A stretch of 28,933 nt of DNA, from NCBI GenBank assembly GCA_046757525.1, contig JBHHYI010000036.1, positions 1 through 28,933 on the forward strand. The letters run 5' to 3'. This document shows, one piece after another, positions 14,873-24,200 of the stretch; the first letter of the stretch is position 1, and each line of letters starts with the position of its first letter. Position numbers and translations under genes: made by a program. This DNA comes from a bacterium (GTDB taxonomy: Bacteria; Zhuqueibacterota; Zhuqueibacteria; Oceanimicrobiales; Oceanimicrobiaceae). Under the pieces are notes generated by a model, which was not told the origin of the DNA, searched no databases, and worked only from the letters and a program-made list of their open reading frames with translations.

Positions 14873-15871
14873 TTGATGTCCATTCAACTTAGCCCCGTCA
14901 TAAAAGTTAGAAAACCGCGGGAGCGGCAATCAAGGCCCTGGATGAACCGCGATGGAACGTTGAATTTGGATTGTTTCATAAACCACAAGCTAAAACAAAA
15001 TATAAACTTAAGTTTTGCAAGAGCTTGGCAATTTCTGAAGAGAGATTTGGTTATCTGTCCCCTATTTTGGGGGGTAGCACTTCTAACCATAATAATAGTA
15101 CCAAAAAATTTCTTTGCGAATCATCCAGCCGACCCGCATAGCCTGAGCCGGGTAAACAAAATATCGAAAAGAATAATTGATGTTTTGGGATCCATTGTCG
15201 GACTGATTGTGTCCTCGTTACTTTTCGTCATACTGCCGGTCTTGATCAAACTTGATTCTGAAGGACGGGTTTTCTACAAGCAAACACGGATAGGCAAAAA
15301 TCGGAGAAGATGTGACAGACGCCAGGTTTCGTTGCAAGTGCCTTTGGAGAGAAGAAAGGGGGAGAGAAGGAGGCAAGATTACCTGGGCAAGCCCTTCCAA
15401 GTCTACAAATTTAGAAGCATGTGGGAAAATGCTGAGAAAAAAATTGGGCCTGTGTGGGCCACGCACGACGACCCACGGGTAACCAACGTTGGCAAGGTGT
15501 TACGGGCCTGGCACCTCGATGAAATTCCTCAGTTTGTCAACGTTCTGAAAGGGGACATGAGTCTTGTAGGTCCAAGACCAGAAAGACCCGAACTGATCTC
15601 CCAATTAAGCCACAATATCTTGAATTATGAAAAAAGGTTCCGCAGTAAACCCGGAATTACCGGTCTGGCGCAGTTGACTTGCGGATATGACACTTCTATC
15701 CAGGATGTGAGAAACAAATTGCAATATGATATTCATTATGTGAATAATGGAAATCTGACCGCGGATTTGAAGATCCTGTTCTTAACCTTGAAAGAGGTCA
15801 TCCCAAACGGCCATACTAACAATGGAAAGGGTTCGAGAAATAAAACTGTTTCTAAAACCTATTGGAGTTAA
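14873..15871 (+). CDS. priming undecaprenyl-phosphate sugar phosphotransferase (Bac_transf; WcaJ/ExoY-like)
   Basis: KRIIDV, FYKQTRIG, YKFRSM, DDPRVTNVG, LDEIPQF.NVLKGDMSLVGPRPE, KPGITGLAQ, KLQYDIHY; GAGGTG ribosome-binding site. Confidence 0.93.
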   Translation: MMSIQLSPVIKVRKPRERQSRPWMNRDGTLNLDCFINHKLKQNINLSFARAWQFLKRDLVICPLFWGVALLTIIIVPKNFFANHPADPHSLSRVNKISKRIIDVLGSIVGLIVSSLLFVILPVLIKLDSEGRVFYKQTRIGKNRRRCDRRQVSLQVPLERRKGERRRQDYLGKPFQVYKFRSMWENAEKKIGPVWATHDDPRVTNVGKVLRAWHLDEIPQFVNVLKGDMSLVGPRPERPELISQLSHNILNYEKRFRSKPGITGLAQLTCGYDTSIQDVRNKLQYDIHYVNNGNLTADLKILFLTLKEVIPNGHTNNGKGSRNKTVSKTYWS

Positions 15872-15878
15872 ATTTGAT

Positions 15879-16637
15879 ATGTGCGCAAAAAGAATCAACA
15901 CCTGTACCATCATCATTTTACTGCTGTGGTGCGGAGGACGGCTTCAGGCTCAGAGTCAAGAACAAAATGCTAACACCGCCAATATCCTGCAGATAGATTC
16001 TTATCCCAAGGGCGCATTGGTGCAAATATCAGGGAAATACACTTTTGTCGGGACAACCCCTTTCTTGGTTCCTTACCCTTTGGTTGGCAAATACCAGATT
16101 AAAGCTGCCAAGGTAGGCTATGAGAGCAGGCATACCAGCGTCGACTTGGTCAGCAACGGATACAACAAAATTACCATTCGACTAAACAAGAAGACGCCTC
16201 TCAAAGCTGCTTTAAGGTCGAGCGTATTTCCAGGTTGGGGACAGTTTTACGGTCAAAACAAAGCCAGGGGCTTTTTCATTAGTATGGGCCAGACGGCACT
16301 CGGAATCATCACTTTGTTTGCGGCACGAGACTATAACAATGAACGGGATGAATATGAGTTAGCTCTGGAGAACTTCAATAGGAGTGTCAATTTAGATGAA
16401 GCGCAAATTGCTTTTCAAAATGTGCAGAAACAATTCCAAGAAGCGGACGATGCTTTGAATTTTAGGAATACCATGATCTACGTAACTGCGGGATTTTGGT
16501 TTTACAATATCCTGGACTCGATATTTTTCTTTTCTTCTGGCAGCTCAGGGATAGAATTCTCAACGAAAGGAATCACCGACATTTCTGATAACACCGGGCA
16601 GGATCAAATCAGCTTAACCATGAAAATAGGATTTTAG
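15879..16637 (+). CDS. secreted PEGA-domain plus DUF5683-like protein
   Basis: ATG15879 preferred over 15822 (GGAG upstream, no overlap, signal peptide ..LQA-QS); IDSYPKGALV..G...GTTP....GKYQI....GY PEGA pattern; AALRSSVFPGWGQFY and WFYNILDS motifs. Confidence 0.72.
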   Translation: MCAKRINTCTIIILLLWCGGRLQAQSQEQNANTANILQIDSYPKGALVQISGKYTFVGTTPFLVPYPLVGKYQIKAAKVGYESRHTSVDLVSNGYNKITIRLNKKTPLKAALRSSVFPGWGQFYGQNKARGFFISMGQTALGIITLFAARDYNNERDEYELALENFNRSVNLDEAQIAFQNVQKQFQEADDALNFRNTMIYVTAGFWFYNILDSIFFFSSGSSGIEFSTKGITDISDNTGQDQISLTMKIGF

Positions 16638-18196
16638 TGATGAACTTGAAGTCAACATCTTTCATAATAGTCCTATATTTGCTCCTGGTTGCGATTTCCG
16701 GCTGCAAAGGCAACCTGAACGAACCTTCAGAGTTTGATGCCGACGTGTACCCGGAAAAGCCGCTCAACCTTGAAGCGTTGGTTGGCGACGGAATCATCGT
16801 CTTGAACTGGTCCCACCCTGCGTTGGGAAAGGTGTCTTCTTTCAACATATATCGAAAAGATGGGGAGGGCGCTGATTCAAAAAAGATCGGTTCAACGGCT
16901 GCTTTAACTTATAAAGATATCAATCTAAGAAATGGGGTATCCTATGTTTATCGGATATCCGCTGTTGGTAAGAACGGGTTTGAGGGTAGCAAATCGGATT
17001 CAGTGACTGCGGTTCCAGCGGTATTTAGTGTGAATATCAATTCGGGTCGTGAATTTACCAATTCGAAAACTGTGACGTTGACGATGACAGCACCTACAAA
17101 TACCAGGTTTATGTTAGTTAGTAATGACTCCCTCTTTACCGATTCTCAGTGGGAATCATTTTCTTCACCAAGAGTATGGAACCTATCTGATAGCGATGGC
17201 GAAAAAACGGTTTATGTTAGGTTTAGAGATCCTGACAATCGTGAAGTGTACAGGGCGGTTATAGACAAAATAATATTAGATACAACCGCTTTTATACGAG
17301 CGGTAAGTGAAGACACTGAGGGCCAGATAAAGTCAGCAGGGGACACTATCCATTTTAGTTTAGATGCAGGGGAAACCATGGGAACCGCAAGAGTCGATAT
17401 ATCGGGCGGACCTTCGGACATTGTTTTGTTTGATGATGGAACTAACGATGACCTTGCTGCAAACGATGGTGTCTATGAAGTAACCTATCGTATCCCATCA
17501 GGTACTAATGTTTTTGATACACCGATTTTCGGCCGGTTTGTCGACCGGGTGGGAAACGTTGCTAATCGGCTTAGAACGACGACACGCATTACCATAAATT
17601 CTCCGCCTTCGCCTGTGACTCTTCTCAAGCCAGAACCGGAAGGGTCATCAACGTCTTTACGAATATCGTGGACACGAAATTTTGAGCAAGATTTTGCCAG
17701 TTACAGACTATTTAGAGGATTCAACGGAATAATCGGTTTGAACAGTACATTGGTGACAACGATCGAATCCCAAAGCACTTTGAGTTATGTGGACGATGAT
17801 TTAAAAGAGAATACAAATTATCTATACCGACTCTTTGTTTTTGACTCGTTTGGGCTTGCATCCGGGAGCAACCAAATTGAAGGTACAACTCTACCCAATG
17901 AAGCGCCAAGTCCAGTGACACTCACGCAACCAACTCAAACCGATAGTGCAAGCTTCCGACTGAGTTGGGCGCGCAGTGAAGAGAGTGATTTTGATTCATA
18001 TCGACTCTATCGGTCACAAAATTCTCCGGTAGATACGACGCAGGCCCCGGTTGCCATCATTAATGATCGACTCAATACGTCCTATTCCGATACCGGGCTG
18101 TTGCCAGGTATTGACTATTTCTACCGACTTCTTGTATTTGACCAGGGTGGTCTGGCCGCTGGTAGTAATGAAGTGCGGGGCAGATTGAATAATTAG
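16637..18196 (+). CDS. lipoprotein with three fibronectin type III domains and a choice-of-anchor-X-like motif
   Basis: Lipobox ISG-C; FN3 patterns (LNW..FNIYRK..Y.D..L.NG..YVYRI); LFDDGTNDDLAANDGVY; two tandem C-terminal FN3 repeats. Confidence 0.8.
   Translation: MMNLKSTSFIIVLYLLLVAISGCKGNLNEPSEFDADVYPEKPLNLEALVGDGIIVLNWSHPALGKVSSFNIYRKDGEGADSKKIGSTAALTYKDINLRNGVSYVYRISAVGKNGFEGSKSDSVTAVPAVFSVNINSGREFTNSKTVTLTMTAPTNTRFMLVSNDSLFTDSQWESFSSPRVWNLSDSDGEKTVYVRFRDPDNREVYRAVIDKIILDTTAFIRAVSEDTEGQIKSAGDTIHFSLDAGETMGTARVDISGGPSDIVLFDDGTNDDLAANDGVYEVTYRIPSGTNVFDTPIFGRFVDRVGNVANRLRTTTRITINSPPSPVTLLKPEPEGSSTSLRISWTRNFEQDFASYRLFRGFNGIIGLNSTLVTTIESQSTLSYVDDDLKENTNYLYRLFVFDSFGLASGSNQIEGTTLPNEAPSPVTLTQPTQTDSASFRLSWARSEESDFDSYRLYRSQNSPVDTTQAPVAIINDRLNTSYSDTGLLPGIDYFYRLLVFDQGGLAAGSNEVRGRLNN
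17600..18181 (+). repeat. tandem FN3 domain duplication (protein level)
   Basis: PSPVTL..P...R.SW.R..E.DF.SYRL.R...SY.D..L.....Y.YRL.VFD..GLA.GSN occurs twice, about 100 aa apart. Confidence 0.8.
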
Positions 18197-18222
18197 CTGA
18201 AGATTCTTACAGTCGAGGAAAT

Positions 18223-19077
18223 ATGATGAAAAACTCTCAGCAATTCAGAAAATTCTTTATCGCCTGGAAGAATTGTTTTGAGTCCGTAAAGTTAACAAAG
18301 ATATTGCTACTTTTCGTAGTGTATGCCTGCTTGCAAATTGCTATCGTTCTCATGTTCATTTTTTATGCTTATCCACCGCTGTCAGGGGTTCTCGTTCCTA
18401 TTATTAAACACTTCTTTGGAGAACAGGCGCTGCATTATCCTAACAACTATGTTTTATTGCCCACTCTGTTCAATTGGACCAACATTCTGCTCAGCGGCTT
18501 TCTGGGAGTCTTAATCATCGGTGTCAGCACCAAACTATTCTCCCTGAGCTACAGAAACAAAGCCGTTGAACTGGGAAAGGGATTTCGAAGCATCGGGCCG
18601 AAATATCTGGTGCTTCTGGCGGTCTGGTTTGTCGAAACCTTTTGCTTGCTTGGCGTTCTTTTTGGTGCGCCGAAACTCCTGGTTAAGATCGGTTTTTTGG
18701 CCCACCAGGGAAGCTTCTCGATTCAGTTAATTACTGCGCTCTTGGCAATACTCCTGGGTGCCATGTTTGCTTATACCACAGCTCTAATCATTCTGGATGG
18801 AAACAGCATGTTGAAGGCGGTGGCCAGGAGCTTGGTGTTATTCAAGAAATATCCGATCGTGAGTTTTCTATTGATAGCCGTTCCAACTTTTATACACATG
18901 CCGTTCGATTTGTTGACCAGTGAGACACATCTTTTGATTTCTAAGTTCATGCCGGAAATAGTAGGTGTTTTGTTAATTATAAGCATCCTGATTTCGGTGT
19001 TCACCAACTATTTTCTGGTGGGCACCGTGACGCGGTATTTTCTCTTAGTTACTAAACAACAGCAAAAGTGGCTGTAA
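18223..19077 (+). CDS. hypothetical integral membrane protein (about 6-7 TM)
   Basis: GAGG ribosome-binding site; several long hydrophobic segments; no recognised motif. Confidence 0.75.
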   Translation: MMKNSQQFRKFFIAWKNCFESVKLTKILLLFVVYACLQIAIVLMFIFYAYPPLSGVLVPIIKHFFGEQALHYPNNYVLLPTLFNWTNILLSGFLGVLIIGVSTKLFSLSYRNKAVELGKGFRSIGPKYLVLLAVWFVETFCLLGVLFGAPKLLVKIGFLAHQGSFSIQLITALLAILLGAMFAYTTALIILDGNSMLKAVARSLVLFKKYPIVSFLLIAVPTFIHMPFDLLTSETHLLISKFMPEIVGVLLIISILISVFTNYFLVGTVTRYFLLVTKQQQKWL

Positions 19078-19093
19078 GGGACTTAAAAATATC

Positions 19094-20575
19094 TTGATTA
19101 TGTTCAGAATCAAATTCATAGTGACTTTGGGTTTTGCTATTCTGATGTTTGTTGGCTGCTCTTCCGATCGTTCGCTCAAGTATCAGTACCAGGTGGAACG
19201 CATGTTTTTGCGGGCTAACAAACTCTATCAGAAGGTGTTGATCAATCCCCAGATCGCCAGCGATTTGGATTATCATCTGGCTGCCTCTGCTTACGAGAAG
19301 GTCTTGACAAAACTTGCACGGCCATACTCCGAATCCGTCAAGAATGTCAGGAAGCAGAGCTATTTGAACTTAGCACAGCTTTCGCTGCTGCAAGGTGAAA
19401 TGCGTGCGGCGATCAAGGCTTACGATGCCTTTCTCCAGGAATTCCCGGATGATATCGACCTCGGGCTGCAAGTGCGTTTAGCTGATGCAGAGTGCAATGA
19501 AAGAATATTTAATTTATATGGAGCCGCCAACCAGTACCAGGACTTGATTGGTAAATTCGGCCCGCTTCAGGATCCTTTGAAGCCAAACTTGCAAATCTTG
19601 AGACTGCCGCTGAAGGTGGCAAGGCTTGAGAATACCAATCAATCTGAATCGGAGAGGAGTGACTCTTATAAGAGTGCCATGATTTATTATCGGTCTATTT
19701 TGCAAAAATGGCCGAATTCACCTGCCGCGTTTTATGCCCTGTACTACATGGCCTCTATCTATGCAGACCAGCAAAAACAGGAGAAAGCTGCTCATATTCT
19801 TAAAAGGATTGTTGAAGAATATCCGGAAAGCAAGGAAATCCCCAAGGTGCTCTTCACTTTAGGGAATCTCTATCTGGATTTCCTGAAGATGCCCAACCGT
19901 GCCGTTGAAATCTTTGAGACTGTTCTTGTGAAATATCCCGATGATGACATCAGAGGTTACGCTTATTTTTCCAAGGCCAGGGCGTTGGTTCAGAAGAAAA
20001 ATTATGAAGCAGCGAGACCATTACTACATTGGATTATTGAAAACTTTCCCGATGACTCGAACTTAGGCGCATCAGCCCAACTTACCATTGGCTACACTTA
20101 TGAAAAGGAGGGCAAATGGGACCGGGCGTTGGTAGAATATCGCTGGGTGCAGGAAGAATATCCGATCACTGTTCAAGGCCTTCAGGTGCCGATTTATATT
20201 TCCCAATATTACCGTCGCAAGGGTGAAACCCAGTTGTCCAATAATGCTTTTCAACAGGCGGTTGAGCAATACGTTCACCTGGTGCAAAAGTATCCCAAAA
20301 CCATGCTGGCGGGTGTTGCGCAGGAATACATCATCTATTGTTATTCTGCTCAGAATAAGTGGCAAAAGGCTGCAGAAGCGGCCAATTCCTTGCGTCAAAT
20401 ATATCCGAGCTCGCAAAGCAACATAAGTTCTTATTTGCTATTAGGGCAGATCTACGAAAGACTAAAACAGTACCAGAACGCAATTGCCATCTATGAAAGG
20501 TTTGTGAAAGAGTATCCGCAACATCCTTTGATCACCCAAATTGAAAGTAAAATAAAGGCGCTTCAACGGGGATAA
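19094..20575 (+). CDS. TPR-repeat lipoprotein (BamD/YbgF-type repeats)
   Basis: Lipobox FVG-C; repeated A...Y/F.....YP TPR units (EFPDD, KWPNS, EYPES, KYPDD, NFPDD, EYPIT, KYPKT, IYPSS, EYPQH); ATG alternative at 19100. Confidence 0.85.
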   Translation: MIMFRIKFIVTLGFAILMFVGCSSDRSLKYQYQVERMFLRANKLYQKVLINPQIASDLDYHLAASAYEKVLTKLARPYSESVKNVRKQSYLNLAQLSLLQGEMRAAIKAYDAFLQEFPDDIDLGLQVRLADAECNERIFNLYGAANQYQDLIGKFGPLQDPLKPNLQILRLPLKVARLENTNQSESERSDSYKSAMIYYRSILQKWPNSPAAFYALYYMASIYADQQKQEKAAHILKRIVEEYPESKEIPKVLFTLGNLYLDFLKMPNRAVEIFETVLVKYPDDDIRGYAYFSKARALVQKKNYEAARPLLHWIIENFPDDSNLGASAQLTIGYTYEKEGKWDRALVEYRWVQEEYPITVQGLQVPIYISQYYRRKGETQLSNNAFQQAVEQYVHLVQKYPKTMLAGVAQEYIIYCYSAQNKWQKAAEAANSLRQIYPSSQSNISSYLLLGQIYERLKQYQNAIAIYERFVKEYPQHPLITQIESKIKALQRG

Positions 20576-22755
20576 TGATTGTTGACTTAAAGTTTATCAC
20601 TCTGTTGACGGCAAGCAGCCTCGCACTGCTCGTGGGTCCAATCATGTCGATGAAGAGACAAAAGAACCTGTTTTACAAGACTCTGGTTTGGGGCACCCCC
20701 TGGGTTGTTACACTCTTGCTTGGGACGTTGCTGTTAGTGATGGATGTGCAACCAAATCTCAAACTCTGGGGGGCAAAAGCCGTCCTGATTTCTCTCTGTC
20801 TTCTGGTTCCATTGAGCACCCAATTAGCTCTATCCTTTGGCAATAGCGCTGTGCGAGAATCACAGAAAAGGTACAAGCCCATTCTCTATGCTCAATGGTT
20901 CCTTAGTGCTGGATGTATCCTTTTGCTTGCAACAAAACAGTTTCTTTCGGTAATCAGCAGCCCAACCGAAAACGTCATCTTCGTATTTGGTCTGTGGGGC
21001 CGTTACCTGTTGATTTACCTCATTGTTTCAAGTATGTTAATCCTTGCCATTCTTGAAAACAAGTTTAGAGCTTATCGTCACGTAAAAGAAATTCGAATTC
21101 CCATTCTATTGTTTTTGACCTCATTTGTCCTTTTCATCATAATGGCAAGTCAAGGTCTACTAATACATCGCCTCAACGTGAATTTCTTGCTGCTCATCTC
21201 TCTTGCTGTAATCTCAGGCTATCTGTTGCTCGGTTTTGCGCGTTTCAGGAATTTCGTGCAAGCCCGACAGCTTGCCGTGAATAGAGAAGTACTCTATTCA
21301 TCATTTATGACCTTGCTGGTTGGCGCCTACTTGATTTTAATTGGACTCATTGGAAAACTCATGATGATGATTGGTGCAGACGTCCAGTTATTCTTCACGA
21401 TCATCACGGCGTGTGTATTGGTGTTTTTGTTGTTTATGGTGATTACCTCATTTTCAATAAAAGCGAGTATCAGAAATTTTGTTGATAAGGCGTTTTTTCG
21501 GGGCAAATATGATTACCGATCGGTTTGGAGTCAATTTAGTGAGCGAATAGCTTTTAGTTTGAGTTTGGAGGAACTGAATCTGGCGATCTTGAATAGCATT
21601 GCAGAAATCTATGATGCCAAAACTGCTGCACTCTTGCTCCTTGACCCGAGTGGATCGCGGTTGGTGCTGGCTAAAAAGAAAATGCTCCTGGTAGAGACTT
21701 TGGAATTCTCACTACGGGACCACTTCGTGCAATGGCTGTGGCGGCTTGGGCAGCCGGTGGTCCTGACCCAACGGACCAATAAAAATATTCTACCGGATTC
21801 TTTTGATGCTGTGAAGAGGCAATTCGGGCGCTTGCAAGCCAGGGTTTGCGTTCCTTTGGCTACCAAGAAGGGTCTCCTCGGACTCCTGGTCTTAGGCGAC
21901 AAGCCGGACAATGCAGATTATTCCCGAGAGGATTTAGAACTGCTGGAATCGCTGGCAAATCAGTCTGCTGTGGCGATACAAAACTTGCAATTACGAGAAG
22001 AGGTTTTGAAAACCAGGGAATTGGAATCCTTTTACAAGCTCTCATCTTTTGTGGTGCACGACGTCAGAAACACAGTTTCCGTGCTCTCCATGTTGTTAGA
22101 AAACGCCAGGCATGCCTTGGACGACCCTGAGTTTCGTCCCTATTTACTACGGTCGTTGACACGGGCTGTCGACAGACTGAGAACTTTAGTGTCGAAAGTG
22201 ACAACGGTTTCAAATCCACGCGAAGAATTGCCAAAAGAAACAGATATAAACGGTCTAATCAAAGCTACGTTGGAAGATGTCAACCTGCACTCGGGGATCG
22301 AGTTAATTATGCGGTTAAGAAGAATTCCAACGATTCTGACTGCTGCAAGTCAACTCAAGCGAGTCATCCTGAATTTAGTGCTCAACGCGGCGGAGGCTAT
22401 GCCAGGTGGCGGGCGATTGACCATTCAGACTCTGCGTGGGCGAGACGAGGATTTCCCCGCCAGCGGTGCAACTTCGTTGCCTTGCAAAGATTACATTGAA
22501 ATTGTTGTTGCAGATGAAGGAGAGGGGATGACTCAAGATTTTATCGACAACCGGCTTTTTAGACCGTTTGAAACCACAAAAAAAGCTGGTTTGGGCATTG
22601 GCCTATATCAGTGCAAGGAGATCATCAGGTCCCTGGGGGGACGAATTTGGGCAAGCAGTAGCCCCGGAGCTGGTTCTGCGTTTCATATTGCATTGCCAGG
22701 CAGGAAAGCGGAATTCAGGGAAGAACAGCTCCACCGAAGCGAGGTGTTTGCTTAA
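20575..22755 (+). CDS. prsK: PrsK-like membrane histidine kinase (multi-TM, GAF, HisKA, HATPase)
   Basis: FFRGKYDYR..W; H-box SSFVVHDVRN; NLVLNAAEA; DEGEGM..DFI..RLFRPFETTK..GLGIGLYQ, matching my recall of the PEP-CTERM system PrsK family. Confidence 0.8.
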   Translation: MIVDLKFITLLTASSLALLVGPIMSMKRQKNLFYKTLVWGTPWVVTLLLGTLLLVMDVQPNLKLWGAKAVLISLCLLVPLSTQLALSFGNSAVRESQKRYKPILYAQWFLSAGCILLLATKQFLSVISSPTENVIFVFGLWGRYLLIYLIVSSMLILAILENKFRAYRHVKEIRIPILLFLTSFVLFIIMASQGLLIHRLNVNFLLLISLAVISGYLLLGFARFRNFVQARQLAVNREVLYSSFMTLLVGAYLILIGLIGKLMMMIGADVQLFFTIITACVLVFLLFMVITSFSIKASIRNFVDKAFFRGKYDYRSVWSQFSERIAFSLSLEELNLAILNSIAEIYDAKTAALLLLDPSGSRLVLAKKKMLLVETLEFSLRDHFVQWLWRLGQPVVLTQRTNKNILPDSFDAVKRQFGRLQARVCVPLATKKGLLGLLVLGDKPDNADYSREDLELLESLANQSAVAIQNLQLREEVLKTRELESFYKLSSFVVHDVRNTVSVLSMLLENARHALDDPEFRPYLLRSLTRAVDRLRTLVSKVTTVSNPREELPKETDINGLIKATLEDVNLHSGIELIMRLRRIPTILTAASQLKRVILNLVLNAAEAMPGGGRLTIQTLRGRDEDFPASGATSLPCKDYIEIVVADEGEGMTQDFIDNRLFRPFETTKKAGLGIGLYQCKEIIRSLGGRIWASSSPGAGSAFHIALPGRKAEFREEQLHRSEVFA

Positions 22756-22775
22756 GACCCCTAAATGTCAAATTT

Positions 22776-24200
22776 GTGTCTGGTCAGCTTATTTTGGAAA
22801 TCGAAAAAAACAAAATATTGATTGTAGAAGATGAAGAAGCCATTCGAGAGCAATTCCAGTGGCATCTAAGGGAGGATTATGACGTGCTGCTCGCCGCAAC
22901 GGCTGAGGAAGGACTGAAGCTGGTCAAGTTGGAAAGGCCTGATCTGGTGGTGTTAGATTTGACCTTGTCGCCAAACGGGAAAGCACAGGACGGCTTTCAG
23001 TTATTCGAAGACATTCAAACGATTAATCACAAGACCAAAGTCATCGTAGTTACAGGTAACGACAACAAGGAACTGGCCTTGAAGGCCGTGCAAATGGGTG
23101 CCTACGATTTTTATCAAAAGCCTGTGGTATTGGATGAATTTCGAATCATTCTTAAGCGCGCCTTGCATCTCCGCAGATTAGAGACGGAACTTGAGAAAGT
23201 GCGTGTTAATGACGACGAAGAGTCATTCAACCATGAAATTATTGGTCAGAGCGCGCGCATGTTGGAGGTCTACGACACCATCGAGAGGACCAGCAAAACG
23301 GATGCGACCATTCTTTTGACCGGAGAAAGCGGCACCGGCAAGGAATTGGTTGCAAAAGCCATTCACTTGCAGAGCTTGCGTAAGCAATTCCCTTTTGTGG
23401 TCATCAATTGCGGCGCCATTCCAGATAACTTACTCGAAAGTGAATTATTTGGACATGAAAAAGGCGCTTTTACCGGAGCCCACATGCGACGCAAAGGCAG
23501 GTTCGAGTTGGCCAACAAAGGGACCATTTTTTTGGATGAAATCGGAGAATTGAGCCCAGCCCTCCAGGTTAAACTACTGAGATTCTTGCAAGAATGGGAA
23601 ATAGAGCGGGTGGGAGGCAGCGGTCCTATTGAACTTGACGTTCGCATTATCGCGGCAACAAATCGCAACTTAGAGGAAGAGATTGCAAAAGGGAGTTTCA
23701 GGCAAGACTTGTACTACCGCCTAAGTGTTATTTCCATCCATATGCCGCCGCTGCGAGATAGGGGAGATGACATCGTTTTACTTGCGAATCACTTCTTGTC
23801 CCAATTCAACCAGGACTATAAAAGAGATATTCGCGGATTTGCCTCTCAAAGTATCCAATTGATCAAAGAATATGCCTGGCCAGGCAATATACGCGAGTTG
23901 CAAAACAAGATTAAACGTGCGGTTATCATGGCCAAACAGCCTCAAATAATGCCAGAAGATCTGAAATTAGGATTCACCAACAGGTCGCATAGACGGGCCT
24001 TCAGAATGGTGGTTCAAGAATTTGAAGAGAAATTTATTAGAGAAGCTTTGCTCAGAAATTGTGGAAACGTGAGTCGTACAGCAAAAGAATTAGAAATCAA
24101 TCGCACCACTTTTTATGACCTGCTCCACAAGTATCAAATTGATCATGCACAATATGTTCTTAAAAACAAAAAGATTAAGTCGGAGATCAGCAAAAGATGA
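22776..24200 (+). CDS. prsR: PrsR-like sigma54-dependent response regulator (bEBP3)
   Basis: Intact REC (VEDE, VVLDLTL.P, KVIVVTGN, GAYDFYQKP); GESGTGKE; GHEKGAFTGA; WPGNIRELQNKIKRAVIMA; HTH R.TFYDLL.KY; adjacent to prsK. Confidence 0.83.
   Translation: MSGQLILEIEKNKILIVEDEEAIREQFQWHLREDYDVLLAATAEEGLKLVKLERPDLVVLDLTLSPNGKAQDGFQLFEDIQTINHKTKVIVVTGNDNKELALKAVQMGAYDFYQKPVVLDEFRIILKRALHLRRLETELEKVRVNDDEESFNHEIIGQSARMLEVYDTIERTSKTDATILLTGESGTGKELVAKAIHLQSLRKQFPFVVINCGAIPDNLLESELFGHEKGAFTGAHMRRKGRFELANKGTIFLDEIGELSPALQVKLLRFLQEWEIERVGGSGPIELDVRIIAATNRNLEEEIAKGSFRQDLYYRLSVISIHMPPLRDRGDDIVLLANHFLSQFNQDYKRDIRGFASQSIQLIKEYAWPGNIRELQNKIKRAVIMAKQPQIMPEDLKLGFTNRSHRRAFRMVVQEFEEKFIREALLRNCGNVSRTAKELEINRTTFYDLLHKYQIDHAQYVLKNKKIKSEISKR

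Noticed and set aside
15822..15878. ORF-track start at 15822 for the PEGA protein
   Set aside because: It overlaps the upstream gene by 50 nt; ATG15879 has a GGAG site and puts the signal peptide at the N-terminus.
18223..19077. Membrane protein as an exosortase
   Set aside because: No catalytic CSG-type motif or conserved Arg/His pattern.
19094..20575. Naming the TPR lipoprotein prsT or bamD
   Set aside because: About half the usual PrsT length and on the other side of prsKR; too long for BamD. Only generic TPR evidence.
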